From IMG/VR virus record IMGVR_UViG_3300025070_000019, positions 32,642-96,641 of that record: a DNA stretch of 64,000 nt; one strand, written 5' to 3'. Position 1 is the stretch's first letter; each line of letters begins with the position of its first letter. This DNA is from a virus. The notes under the pieces are model-generated. The model made no database searches. It was given only the letters and a program-made list of their open reading frames with translations, and was not told the origin of the DNA. Of this stretch, positions 28,158 to 37,938 are shown piece after piece. Position numbers and translations under genes: made by a program.

Positions 28158-28440
28158 TTTTGTACTAGCATCTAAGATAAGAATAAATCTTCCATCAGAC
28201 TTATTCTATGGTGGACCTTGGACTCATTTAGCAACTGTAAAAAGAAGTTTATGTGAATATGTAGCTTTATTACATGAACCGAGCCAAAAGATATATATAG
28301 AACAAATAAGTGCTACTGGTCATTTTCATCACATAGAAGACGATTCTTTATGGACTGCACTTGTGCAATTTCTTGTATCGAAAGGTGTATTAGGTTTCAA
28401 TAAAGATGAAGAGATTGTTGTAGGTAATTTTGAAAAGTAG
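28141..28440 (+). CDS. Hypothetical protein
   Basis: 99 aa, AAGGAG RBS. Confidence 0.7.
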   Translation: MPTYGDFVLASKIRINLPSDLFYGGPWTHLATVKRSLCEYVALLHEPSQKIYIEQISATGHFHHIEDDSLWTALVQFLVSKGVLGFNKDEEIVVGNFEK

Positions 28441-28849
28441 AAGTGTACTTAAGAATCAATTCTTTTATTATGAAAATGCTTCTAATTTCCATAATAAAGT
28501 ACGTGACATATTTGCAAACGATTCTTTCTTTAGGCAATTTGGTTGCTATCAAGAAGTACCTTTATCATTTCTTGTAGATGATTATCCTAATAATAAAGAT
28601 GCTGTTGATTGGTGGATAGATGAGTTTGGAGTAATTATAGAATTACATGGCAGACAACATTATCACTCTACATCTTTTACAAAAGATATAAGCTATGAAG
28701 AAAAACAGAAAAACTTTTTTAACATTAAGTATAGAGATAATCGAAAGAAAACATTTTTATTAGATGCAGATTACAAATACATAGAAATTTCTTATAAAGA
28801 AATTGGTAAAATAACTTCTGAATATTTAAAACAATTAATATTAAATTGA
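28430..28849 (+). CDS. Vsr/DUF559-like endonuclease
   Basis: QEVP..AVDWW..IIELHGRQHY..RDNRKK..IEISY. Confidence 0.7.
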   Translation: MKSRSVLKNQFFYYENASNFHNKVRDIFANDSFFRQFGCYQEVPLSFLVDDYPNNKDAVDWWIDEFGVIIELHGRQHYHSTSFTKDISYEEKQKNFFNIKYRDNRKKTFLLDADYKYIEISYKEIGKITSEYLKQLILN

Positions 28850-28856
28850 GGTTATC

Positions 28857-29492
28857 ATGAATAAAGAAGAACTAATTCAAATGTTATTTGCACTTGAGGA
28901 ACAAGAAAAGATCAACACTGTATGGGAACCAAACTCAATATTGTTTTATGGACCTGATAGCCGCGTTATCAGTTTCAATCAAGACGTAAATGCTCAATCA
29001 GCTACTTCTTTAATATCACAGCTTTATCATTTAAACCATTTAGATACAGAAGATACAATTGGTATACATTTAAATACACCTGGTGGAAACTTAACAGACG
29101 CTTTAGCTATATATGATTGTATAACTCAATTACCTAACCCTGTTATTATTCAAGCTACAGGTTTATGTGCTTCTGCTGGTTTGATTATATTAAGTGCTGC
29201 TGATTATAGAATAGCTACACCTAATTGTAGTTTCTTTTACCATGAGCCTGTAGTAGATGGTTCAGCTATTACTTCTTCTAGCGAGATGAATGAGTTTGCA
29301 TCTCACTATGCAAACTCAAAAGTAATTGCAGATAGACTTATACAAAGAAAAGCTAAAATTAAAAAAAGCATTTGGAACAAATATTTTGAAGGTAAAACTT
29401 CTTATTGGTTTGACACTCAAAAAGCATTAGAATATAACATAATAGATAAAATTAGTGAATCAGATAAAATTGATTTTAAAATAAAAACATAA
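28857..29492 (+). CDS. clpP: ClpP-like serine protease
   Basis: HLNTPGG, GLCASAG (Ser), HEP (His), KALEYNIIDKI. Confidence 0.85.
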   Translation: MNKEELIQMLFALEEQEKINTVWEPNSILFYGPDSRVISFNQDVNAQSATSLISQLYHLNHLDTEDTIGIHLNTPGGNLTDALAIYDCITQLPNPVIIQATGLCASAGLIILSAADYRIATPNCSFFYHEPVVDGSAITSSSEMNEFASHYANSKVIADRLIQRKAKIKKSIWNKYFEGKTSYWFDTQKALEYNIIDKISESDKIDFKIKT

Positions 29493-29508
29493 TTGTAAAG
29501 GATTTATT

Positions 29509-29859
29509 ATGGCTTCAAGAGGTCGAGGAGCAAGAACAAAAGGTGCTGCTTTTGAAAGAGAGTTAGCTAAGTATTTTACAGAAAATACTAAACTAACAGC
29601 CAAACGAGGGATTGGTCAAACTAGATCAGGTGGTTCTGAAGTATCCGATGTTGATATGCCTATACTTCATATAGAAGCTAAAAGACATAAAAGATGCAAT
29701 ATAAAAGCTGCACTTAGACAAGCTATTGATGATGCTAATGTAAATGGCAAAATACCAGTTGCTATAACTAGAGACGATAGAGCTGATATTTTAGTAACTA
29801 TGCGTTTAGATGATTGGATAGATCTATTCAATGCTTATCTTGTCAAAAAGAAAAAATGA
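29509..29859 (+). CDS. Holliday junction resolvase (Hjc-like)
   Basis: KGAAFERELA..SD..IEAKRHK. Confidence 0.85.
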   Translation: MASRGRGARTKGAAFERELAKYFTENTKLTAKRGIGQTRSGGSEVSDVDMPILHIEAKRHKRCNIKAALRQAIDDANVNGKIPVAITRDDRADILVTMRLDDWIDLFNAYLVKKKK

Positions 29860-30590
29860 TAATAAAACCAAAAAAGAAATCATTATATATAACTGTTGAC
29901 TATAATGATTTTGTTTTGCATTATCATAATATCTTTACTTTAAATTCTCAGAGTAAAGTCAAGTCGAGTTACATTTCAAAAAAGGAGTCTATTGCTTTTA
30001 TCCTTATAGCAGTGGATTCCTTTTTTGATTTTATAACTAACTTATTTAATGCAAAACAATATAACAAAAATATAACTTTATATACTTTATTAAAATTATT
30101 AGAAAAAGATGATCGTCCAATTGCAACTTTAAATTGGAAGTTAAAGAAGTACAAAAACTACCTTTTGCAAAATGATCTTTCTTTCAAAGATCATTTAGTT
30201 GAAGCATTTTTAATGCATTTAAATAAAGTACATAAAAGAAAACCTAAGTATAAAAAAAATTACAGATTGTTTTATTTTATTACTTGTGAAATTAAAACTT
30301 TTTTATTTAAAATAATTAGAAAAATCATTTATAAATCTAAAAGAGATTTTTTAACTAATCAATCCTATTATTATTATAATAATAAATGCTTTGACATATT
30401 TATAGATAGTGGTTATTTATCTATTATAGAAAAAGAAAATCCTTTTTTATTTTATCTGTATATTAAATACACAGAAGATTACTATGATAAAAAAGATTTT
30501 TATAAATTTCTAAATAATATTAGTAATAACTCTAATTATCATAAAGAGGACTTATGTCAATTGATAAAAAAACTGCCATACAGCAATTAG
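29856..30590 (+). CDS. Basic hypothetical protein
   Basis: ATGA overlap with the resolvase; K/Y/F-rich. Confidence 0.6.
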   Translation: MIIKPKKKSLYITVDYNDFVLHYHNIFTLNSQSKVKSSYISKKESIAFILIAVDSFFDFITNLFNAKQYNKNITLYTLLKLLEKDDRPIATLNWKLKKYKNYLLQNDLSFKDHLVEAFLMHLNKVHKRKPKYKKNYRLFYFITCEIKTFLFKIIRKIIYKSKRDFLTNQSYYYYNNKCFDIFIDSGYLSIIEKENPFLFYLYIKYTEDYYDKKDFYKFLNNISNNSNYHKEDLCQLIKKLPYSN

Positions 30591-31051
30591 GCACAAATAG
30601 TAATGTATCTAATCAATACAGTTTAGTTAAAAAACTATCTGGACCTAAAATAAATAAAACAGTAAAAATGGTTATACCTGCTGGTAGAAATTTAACAGAA
30701 TTAATTAGTAGAGAAAAATTGCCTCAAGCAATCTTTACTTGGTTAAGAAGAGTTCGCCATTTTAAAAATGTAACAATTAGTTTTGTTGATGATATCTCCA
30801 ATAGAGATTATCACGAAACTACAGTTGTAGATTTTAATACTAATAATAGACTTCCTGAATGGGAACTCCAAGGCAAAAAATGGTTAGCAGAAAGAACTGC
30901 AGAAGTACTTGCAATGGAGAACATACTTGCTGTTAGAATAGATAAACAAGGTATCCACGCGATTTTAGATATGAAACAATCTTTTAATTCTGAAAGTGAA
31001 AATTGGGAACCACATTTATTATTTACACCTCACAAACCTACAGGATTTTAA
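30554..31051 (+). CDS. Hypothetical protein
   Basis: 165 aa, GAGGA RBS. Confidence 0.7.
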   Translation: MSIDKKTAIQQLGTNSNVSNQYSLVKKLSGPKINKTVKMVIPAGRNLTELISREKLPQAIFTWLRRVRHFKNVTISFVDDISNRDYHETTVVDFNTNNRLPEWELQGKKWLAERTAEVLAMENILAVRIDKQGIHAILDMKQSFNSESENWEPHLLFTPHKPTGF

Positions 31052-31053
31052 TT

Positions 31054-31320
31054 ATGAGTTTATTTAAAGAAAGACAACAAACTAGTAAAAGAATTATTGC
31101 ATTAGAAAATCAAATTCTTGCTCTTAAACAAGAATTAGCTAATCAATCTTCACAACCAGTTGCTTCATGTGATAAATGTGAAAGTGAAAAGTTATTATTA
31201 GACTCTCAGCTTAAAGATCTTAAAGCTGAACTTAAGAAAGTTAAATCTGATTTAACTCGCAGTAAAAATAAAATCACTAAATTGCAAGATCAACTTTCTT
31301 CATCGCAAAGTGAAGAATAA
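31054..31320 (+). CDS. Coiled-coil hypothetical protein with CxxC
   Basis: Heptad pattern, CDKC. Confidence 0.65.
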   Translation: MSLFKERQQTSKRIIALENQILALKQELANQSSQPVASCDKCESEKLLLDSQLKDLKAELKKVKSDLTRSKNKITKLQDQLSSSQSEE

Positions 31321-31457
31321 TGTGTAATTGTAAAAAAGATAAAAAATCTGATTTACAAAAACGCATAGAAAAAATGAGAAAAGAAATTGCAGATTTAGAA
31401 TCTAAATTAGGTTTAGATTCTAATAAAAAAGATTTTAATCCTTATTTTAAAGATTAA
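31320..31457 (+). CDS. 45 aa coiled-coil peptide (MCNCKKDKKSDLQKRIEKMRKEIADLESKLG..)
   Basis: TAATG coupling; fills the gap to the strand switch; not in the ORF track. Confidence 0.6.
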   Translation: MCNCKKDKKSDLQKRIEKMRKEIADLESKLGLDSNKKDFNPYFKD

Positions 31458-31681
31458 TCAATATCTGGAATATCTTCTAAAATTGAAACTCTACGTTCTA
31501 ATGAATTTAAAGTTTCATGCATTGCTTGTAACTCAGTAGAAATTGCAGTTAACAGTTCTTGTACTTGTGTAAGTGACACCATTTGATTCTGTGCCGTAAA
31601 AAGATCTCGAACTCTTTCTTCAAGATTCGAGATTCTACGTACTGTTAATGCATCAAATTGATTATTTAATTCAATAGCCAT
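31454..31681 (-). CDS. Small coiled-coil protein
   Basis: 75 aa, AGGAGG RBS. Confidence 0.7.
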   Translation of the reverse strand: MAIELNNQFDALTVRRISNLEERVRDLFTAQNQMVSLTQVQELLTAISTELQAMHETLNSLERRVSILEDIPDID

Positions 31682-32355
31682 TATTGACCTCCTGATAGAC
31701 TTTCAAATAACTTGACTATAATTGTCATAGTGCCACCACCTAATGCACCCCAACCAATCTTTTCAGCCATAGTTACTTTGATTTGATTTAGATCTTCTTT
31801 AGTTTTGTCATCTGTTTGTTTTAAAACTTGAACATCTCTTTCTAGATTATCAACTTTAACTTTAAGTTCATTAACTTTAAGCTCACTATGATTGATTTTA
31901 TCTATAAGAGTATCTACTCTAGATAATAAAGTTTCTAAATTCTTTTCTATTTTTTTCTCCATTTCATTTAAGCGATAAGTAATTATACCGATATTATTAC
32001 TGTTACTATCTGAATTGTGAGAAGATTGAGGTTGCATAACATACTCCTTGAAATCATAAAAGTTTAAAGCTTTATCATCTATATACACATCTGCATTTGG
32101 TTTACCAAAATAAATTTCATCATAGGGTATGTTATACCTGTTCAAATTAAATAGAGTGCTTTCGACAATTTCTTTATTTATTTTACCAATATTACCATTA
32201 AATGTCTGCATTTTACGAGCAGTATACAAAACAATTTCATGGTTTAGTGACTTTAAATGATGAATATATTTAACTGTAGACGATATAGGCTCATGTTTTT
32301 TATAATCTTTATTTATCTTAAAAATAACCCCATCGATATCAAAACAAAAACGCAT
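31681..32355 (-). CDS. HAD 'capsule biosynthesis'-type phosphatase in frame with a coiled-coil/TM domain
   Basis: FDIDGVI, YTARKM, FGKP.ADVYIDDKA; the C-terminal half has its own AAGGAG-ATG at 32037. Confidence 0.8.
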   Translation of the reverse strand: MRFCFDIDGVIFKINKDYKKHEPISSTVKYIHHLKSLNHEIVLYTARKMQTFNGNIGKINKEIVESTLFNLNRYNIPYDEIYFGKPNADVYIDDKALNFYDFKEYVMQPQSSHNSDSNSNNIGIITYRLNEMEKKIEKNLETLLSRVDTLIDKINHSELKVNELKVKVDNLERDVQVLKQTDDKTKEDLNQIKVTMAEKIGWGALGGGTMTIIVKLFESLSGGQ

Positions 32356-33154
32356 AATTACTAATTTCCCTTATCACTTGACTAGGCTTTATTTCTTTCA
32401 TACACATGTAATTATTGCAATCTTTATAAAAACAACCTTTACATTTTACAGAAGTATATAATGCATCATGTGTAGGATAATGTTTTAAACGCAACTTAGG
32501 CTTAGTACTTCCAAAAAGTACTAAGCTTTTAACTTTTAACATAGCTGCAAAATGCATAAAACAACTATCTACACATATTAATAAATCTGCACCTGATAAG
32601 AATTGAACACATTTTTTAAGTTCATAATTCGAATAACTAGAAATACGTTTATCTTTTATTTTAAGAGGCATTTGATTTAAATATATTATATTGCAATCAG
32701 TATTATCTAATATCCATCCTATCAATGTTTCTGTATATTCATAGGACCAACTTCTTCTATCTTCAGCTGATTCTGTATGTATAGCTATAGTTTTTTTATC
32801 ATAAGAATATGAGATATTATTAGTATATACAGGCAAATAACTACTAGGTGCTACTTTACAATATTTAGCAAATATTTCTTGTCTAGATAAAGAATATCCA
32901 GCTTGCTCATAAGCATATGCTATATATGATAAGTCATGCACTGTATTATAAACATGATGATCAAAACTATCAATATCATATACACCCCCTACGAAAGGGT
33001 TTTTGTTTAAAACTTTTATTTCACTTATATATGATAGGTTTGTATAGAAGTCAATCTTAGTATTGTTTACTAATGATAATTCACGAATAATTGGAGATAT
33101 CATTAAAATATCTCCAATGCCTGAAGTGCTTCTAAGTATGGCTATTTTTTTCAT
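32339..33154 (-). CDS. Glycosyltransferase family 9 (ADP-heptose:LPS heptosyltransferase-like)
   Basis: GIGDILM, RRSW, CVDSCFMHFAA..VLFGST, CKGC..C..CM..I.P..V. Confidence 0.85.
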   Translation of the reverse strand: MKKIAILRSTSGIGDILMISPIIRELSLVNNTKIDFYTNLSYISEIKVLNKNPFVGGVYDIDSFDHHVYNTVHDLSYIAYAYEQAGYSLSRQEIFAKYCKVAPSSYLPVYTNNISYSYDKKTIAIHTESAEDRRSWSYEYTETLIGWILDNTDCNIIYLNQMPLKIKDKRISSYSNYELKKCVQFLSGADLLICVDSCFMHFAAMLKVKSLVLFGSTKPKLRLKHYPTHDALYTSVKCKGCFYKDCNNYMCMKEIKPSQVIREISNYAFLF

Positions 33155-35898
33155 GTCAAGATTTGTATATCAACTAAATTTAAAGATCTTAAACGACGTA
33201 AAAATAAATTCTTTTTAGTATATGACGAAGCTACAGCTAATTGTTGTAAAGTATTTGCTGTATTGTTAAATACATTTAATGCAGTATCTATTGTTTTAAA
33301 ACCAATACTAAAATATAAATAGTCAATTAAATCTTCATAATAGTTTTGATTTAAACTAGGATTTGTACCTGCTGCATATTTTGTATTTGTGTTATTATTA
33401 TTTATTTCTAATAGGTTTTCACAAAAAGCATTCATTCCAAATGCAATTTCATCTTTACGCCCTATTAATCCTAAACTCCAATCATGAGAATTTACTATAG
33501 TTCCTACTTCTTCTTTAAAAGAAATTTTTTGTAATGCACTTAAACCTAAATCTACATTATCAAATAATAACTCTTGAAGAGTTTTACTCCAGAGATTTTG
33601 TACATTTGTATAATTGTAATTAATGTTACTAGATAAATTTTCAGCAAAGTAATCAAACACTTCTTGACCTGTTAAAGAATATTTAGAAAAATCTTTTTCT
33701 TGTCCTACTATGAATTCTATCATTAATTCTAATAAAGTTTTATTCATAAAAGATTCACTAATAACAACACCAACGCTACCTTCTATATTTCTTATATCTA
33801 ATATAGACTCAGGACATATGTATATATTATCTCCCATTTCGTATGGGCCTAATATCATTATTTTAGATACACCATCAGATTGTATAGTTACATTATTACT
33901 TGATACACCAGGAGTACTGTCATTGTTTTGCAATGTACTTATATCTGTTAAAGATAAACTTCCATGCAAGCTATTAGCTCCTTGGTAAGTAGTTATAAAT
34001 GTTCTAAATGTTGATATCGGTTGTGAATTAGATTTACCGAATTGATAAAGAAATTGTCTTTTTATAAAATCTTGTTTATCTGCAAGATTATAGTTTAATA
34101 ACACTTCTTCACCTTGAGATGTTAATGAATGAGATTTACTATAATGTTTTACAGATTCATTTAATACTGATGAATCTGTAAGGCCTATTAAGTTGTTATC
34201 AATATAGTTAATCTTTGATATTCCATCATCAACAACTATGTTTGAAAAAACAGCTTTAAAATCTAAATCACTTCTACAAACACCTAGAACTTTTGTAACG
34301 TCAAAATAATTACAAACATAATCATACTTAAATGCATAATAACTTCCTGCCATGCCGCTAGATATAACACCATGTTCGTTATTAAGATTTTTTGTAAACT
34401 TACTACAAGAGTTCTGAGAAAAGTAAACATTTAAATCTTCAAACAATTCTAAGTCTTCATTCAGAAATGCAATGTTTGTATTGAACTTAACAAAACTACT
34501 TTTAATATAGTTTATACTCATAGGTGAATTAACACGCATAAGTTTACTATAAGGTGCTGCTTTAAAAACATATGGTATATTTTTATAATAAGTAGCTGGT
34601 GTGCTTAAAGTTGGATCTTGTTGCAATTGAGTTTTAGTATAAATTTTTCTATTACTTAAGTTACGATATCTACTGTTAAGACCTTGTGTAAATTCAGGTC
34701 CTCTTTTAGTCCATTGATTAAACAACTTAGACCAAATTAAATTAATGTTAGTAGCTTTATCATCATTGGGTATTTGACTATGATAAGAATACATATCATC
34801 TATAGTGCTGTTACTACCTACTATACCTAATTTAGAAGTAGCTTCAATGCTACCTTCTAAATCCCCTTGATTCAAGGGTCTTGGTACCCAACTACCAATA
34901 ACAGGATCATCTTGATCTGCTGCACTTGTATCGTCTACTGCTGTACTGTCATATACAAGTACATAACCATCTTTTATATTGTTATATGTATTAACATCAG
35001 CAAGTTGAGTTATAGACGATTCATTTATCTTCTCTAAGGCCACTTCTTTGACTTTTTCACGCAATAGGTTATCTCTCCTATTCGTAAAGCCAGAACCGTC
35101 AATGTCGAGCGATTTATGAAGGTTATGTGGTGTAAGAACTAATTGATGGTTACCAGTAGTTGAATTAGCTTTTTGAGCTAAAGCTCCAATCTCTGTTGGA
35201 GTAGCAATTTCTACTACGCCAGCTACTTCTGTTGTAGCTGGCTCTACATTAGCGGTTACACTTAAAGTAGGATAATTATCTTCACCTGTACCAGGATCTA
35301 AAGCTAAATTCACTTTAGAGTCTTGAGTATGACCAGATATGACTTGATTGAATATTTCATAAAGATGTCTAGCTAAGGGCCATTCTAATGATGGGTCGTC
35401 ACTGCAATTTAAATTATATTTAGTTCCAAAAGCATCTTTAGCTACTTTGCTGTTATTTAAAGTGTTACACCTTATAGCATCCCATAAATCATTAAGATCA
35501 ACAGTAGCTTGGCTAATCTCTACAACTTTCTCTACCATATTAGCCATAATGTAATCGAAAGACTCTTTTATAGTACAAGGTCTCCCGTCAGAGTTATTAA
35601 CACCTGGCTTCCAAAATAATTCAGTATTAAACTTATTATTACCTTGTTCTTCTGGATAAGTAACAATAGTCATACCAGACAAACCAGATTCTAATACATC
35701 GTACGGATATCTAGGTTTTGAACAAAGCATAGTAAATGCAGGATAGACAATAGAGTTAATATAACTAGATATATTATTTAAATCGTCTCTGTTTCTTCTA
35801 GACGTAATCACTAATGCGTCTTTATTAGACGCATTAGTGACAGTTGCAGAATTTATTTTAACTATTTTATTTAGATTGTTTAAATAATTTACAGCCAT
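33151..35898 (-). CDS. Tail fibre-like virion protein
   Basis: ATTEVAGVVEIATPTE..LTP and ITQLADVN..GYVLVYD fibre motifs. Confidence 0.65.
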   Translation of the reverse strand: MAVNYLNNLNKIVKINSATVTNASNKDALVITSRRNRDDLNNISSYINSIVYPAFTMLCSKPRYPYDVLESGLSGMTIVTYPEEQGNNKFNTELFWKPGVNNSDGRPCTIKESFDYIMANMVEKVVEISQATVDLNDLWDAIRCNTLNNSKVAKDAFGTKYNLNCSDDPSLEWPLARHLYEIFNQVISGHTQDSKVNLALDPGTGEDNYPTLSVTANVEPATTEVAGVVEIATPTEIGALAQKANSTTGNHQLVLTPHNLHKSLDIDGSGFTNRRDNLLREKVKEVALEKINESSITQLADVNTYNNIKDGYVLVYDSTAVDDTSAADQDDPVIGSWVPRPLNQGDLEGSIEATSKLGIVGSNSTIDDMYSYHSQIPNDDKATNINLIWSKLFNQWTKRGPEFTQGLNSRYRNLSNRKIYTKTQLQQDPTLSTPATYYKNIPYVFKAAPYSKLMRVNSPMSINYIKSSFVKFNTNIAFLNEDLELFEDLNVYFSQNSCSKFTKNLNNEHGVISSGMAGSYYAFKYDYVCNYFDVTKVLGVCRSDLDFKAVFSNIVVDDGISKINYIDNNLIGLTDSSVLNESVKHYSKSHSLTSQGEEVLLNYNLADKQDFIKRQFLYQFGKSNSQPISTFRTFITTYQGANSLHGSLSLTDISTLQNNDSTPGVSSNNVTIQSDGVSKIMILGPYEMGDNIYICPESILDIRNIEGSVGVVISESFMNKTLLELMIEFIVGQEKDFSKYSLTGQEVFDYFAENLSSNINYNYTNVQNLWSKTLQELLFDNVDLGLSALQKISFKEEVGTIVNSHDWSLGLIGRKDEIAFGMNAFCENLLEINNNNTNTKYAAGTNPSLNQNYYEDLIDYLYFSIGFKTIDTALNVFNNTANTLQQLAVASSYTKKNLFLRRLRSLNLVDIQILT

Positions 35899-35900
35899 AT

Positions 35901-37937
35901 CTATATCACTCTTACTTGTATCTGATCTATTTTAGGAGTAACTTTTATATCTGAGCTTTTTAATACAGCTTTAATATATAAAAGATTACTTTCATTAACA
36001 TCATTATTTCTTTTTTTACAATTTATTCTAAAACTTTCTAGTTTAATTTCGCTACTATTTTGTTGAGAATTTATTTTAAAGTAAATCCCATTATCATTTT
36101 CAACAATTGTAAAAATATTTAAATTATCAGATAAGATAAACCTTTGATTAGATACTTCTTTTAAATCAAAAGAATATACTTCATCTGCACCACTATATAC
36201 TTTTCTGCCTAAAAAATTAGGGTTATATTTAAAGCCTTCTATAATGTACTTATGATTGTATGGATATAGTTTATCTAATAGCTTTAATTGTTTTGCATTG
36301 TTGATATCTAATTCATTATCAACATCAATCTTTTTGTAATTTTCAGAATTAGTTTTAAAAGTATGTGCTCCTTGGGGGATAAATACTTTTCCATTAACTT
36401 GCTTATCATTTATAAAGCAGCTGTTGTTTCCAAAGTTAAAGTAACGTCCTTCAGGTTGCTGTATTTCAAATATAGTATTATAAAAACCTTGATGATCATA
36501 ATACCAACCAGTTCCTGAGTTATATAAAGATTGATTGCTAAATTTATTTAAAATATTGCGTTTTATTTTTAAAGAGTTTTTTATAAACTTATCTTTATTT
36601 TCATTACTTATAAATACATTTAAAAGATATTCATTATCATTTAAATTTATATTTAAACCGTCAATATTGTTTGCTATATAATAATTATCAGCATCTGGAT
36701 CTACTATATCAAATAAATTTTCATCTGATTCACTAGATGTAAAGTTATTAAATTGAACTACTTCTCTACCTGTACCATCAAAATTACAATAACTCCAATT
36801 AACATTATCTTTGCTAAGATAAAAGTTTACTGAACTTTTATCTGGCACAATACAACATGTGCCCCCTTTCAAAGTAGCCATAGAAAAGTTAATAGCTTCG
36901 TCATTTTCATCTTTTATTTCATATGGCCCTAAGTAAAGAACTGACTCTTTGTCTATTTTGAATTCTCTTTCAATCATCCCTACATAATCTAATGCAAATG
37001 CATAAGCATAAGTATCTGCATCTCTATAGTCTGCAAAATGCTTAGTCATTACAATCTTCACTCTTTTTACATTAGGTTTGTTTATCTCAATAAACATTTC
37101 GTTTTCTTCGACTCTTAAACCACTATCAAATATCTCTGTATATGAGTTGTTATCTTGAGTATATAAACACTTATATGAAAGCTTAGAGTTTCTTTCTATT
37201 GCACCTGTAGTTATTTTAAGTGTGTTAATAAATTTATTTTCTTCATCATTGAAATTTAAATCAATTATAAAGTCAATAACATCACTTTCTACAGTAGAAT
37301 AACTTATTACTTTAAAAAAAGACCCGTCTTCATATAGACAATCACTAATTTTGTTAATTTCTCTATTGCCTACTAAAGATTTACTTCTAGATCTTACATC
37401 ATAAGATATGTTTAGTATGCCTTTTTCTTTTGCAGAAAAAGATGAAAAACCTAATGTCGCTTTACCATTAAAGAAATCTATATTGCTATTATCAAAGTTC
37501 ACTTTACTATAGTCATCAAAGTTTTCTACTATCCCATAAGTAAAAATATCATCTTTAGAATATAACAATAGATTCTTATTTATATTTCTTTCATTTTTTT
37601 TTATTTCTTTTAGTAATCTATCTAGCTTTTGAAAATGACTTCTAAAGTTATTTTCAACAATATTCTTTTGATTGCTTACATTAGATAGCAGTGATTTAAA
37701 ATCCAACTCCATATTATCTAATAGGTTATTAAAAACAGATGCAGAAGATGAATCACCAGTTAATTGAAACTTTTGTTTACTTCCACTAAGTATACCAGTC
37801 ATTAAAGCATTTGGTTTTTCAACATTATAGTTATTATATAAAGCTTTAATTTCTTGTTGAGTAGGTGCCCTATCATATAAAGATATGAATTCTTTTATTA
37901 ACTTTTCTTTAATAGAGCCTTCATGCATCTTTATCAT
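35901..37937 (-). CDS. Large virion structural protein (paralogue family A)
   Basis: N-terminal coiled coil, ENF motif, C-terminal TPKIDQIQVRVI. Confidence 0.6.
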   Translation of the reverse strand: MIKMHEGSIKEKLIKEFISLYDRAPTQQEIKALYNNYNVEKPNALMTGILSGSKQKFQLTGDSSSASVFNNLLDNMELDFKSLLSNVSNQKNIVENNFRSHFQKLDRLLKEIKKNERNINKNLLLYSKDDIFTYGIVENFDDYSKVNFDNSNIDFFNGKATLGFSSFSAKEKGILNISYDVRSRSKSLVGNREINKISDCLYEDGSFFKVISYSTVESDVIDFIIDLNFNDEENKFINTLKITTGAIERNSKLSYKCLYTQDNNSYTEIFDSGLRVEENEMFIEINKPNVKRVKIVMTKHFADYRDADTYAYAFALDYVGMIEREFKIDKESVLYLGPYEIKDENDEAINFSMATLKGGTCCIVPDKSSVNFYLSKDNVNWSYCNFDGTGREVVQFNNFTSSESDENLFDIVDPDADNYYIANNIDGLNINLNDNEYLLNVFISNENKDKFIKNSLKIKRNILNKFSNQSLYNSGTGWYYDHQGFYNTIFEIQQPEGRYFNFGNNSCFINDKQVNGKVFIPQGAHTFKTNSENYKKIDVDNELDINNAKQLKLLDKLYPYNHKYIIEGFKYNPNFLGRKVYSGADEVYSFDLKEVSNQRFILSDNLNIFTIVENDNGIYFKINSQQNSSEIKLESFRINCKKRNNDVNESNLLYIKAVLKSSDIKVTPKIDQIQVRVI

Positions 37938-37938
37938 T

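Noticed and set aside
29856-30590. Sigma-factor-like protein
   Set aside because: Only a vague region-2-like pattern; insufficient support
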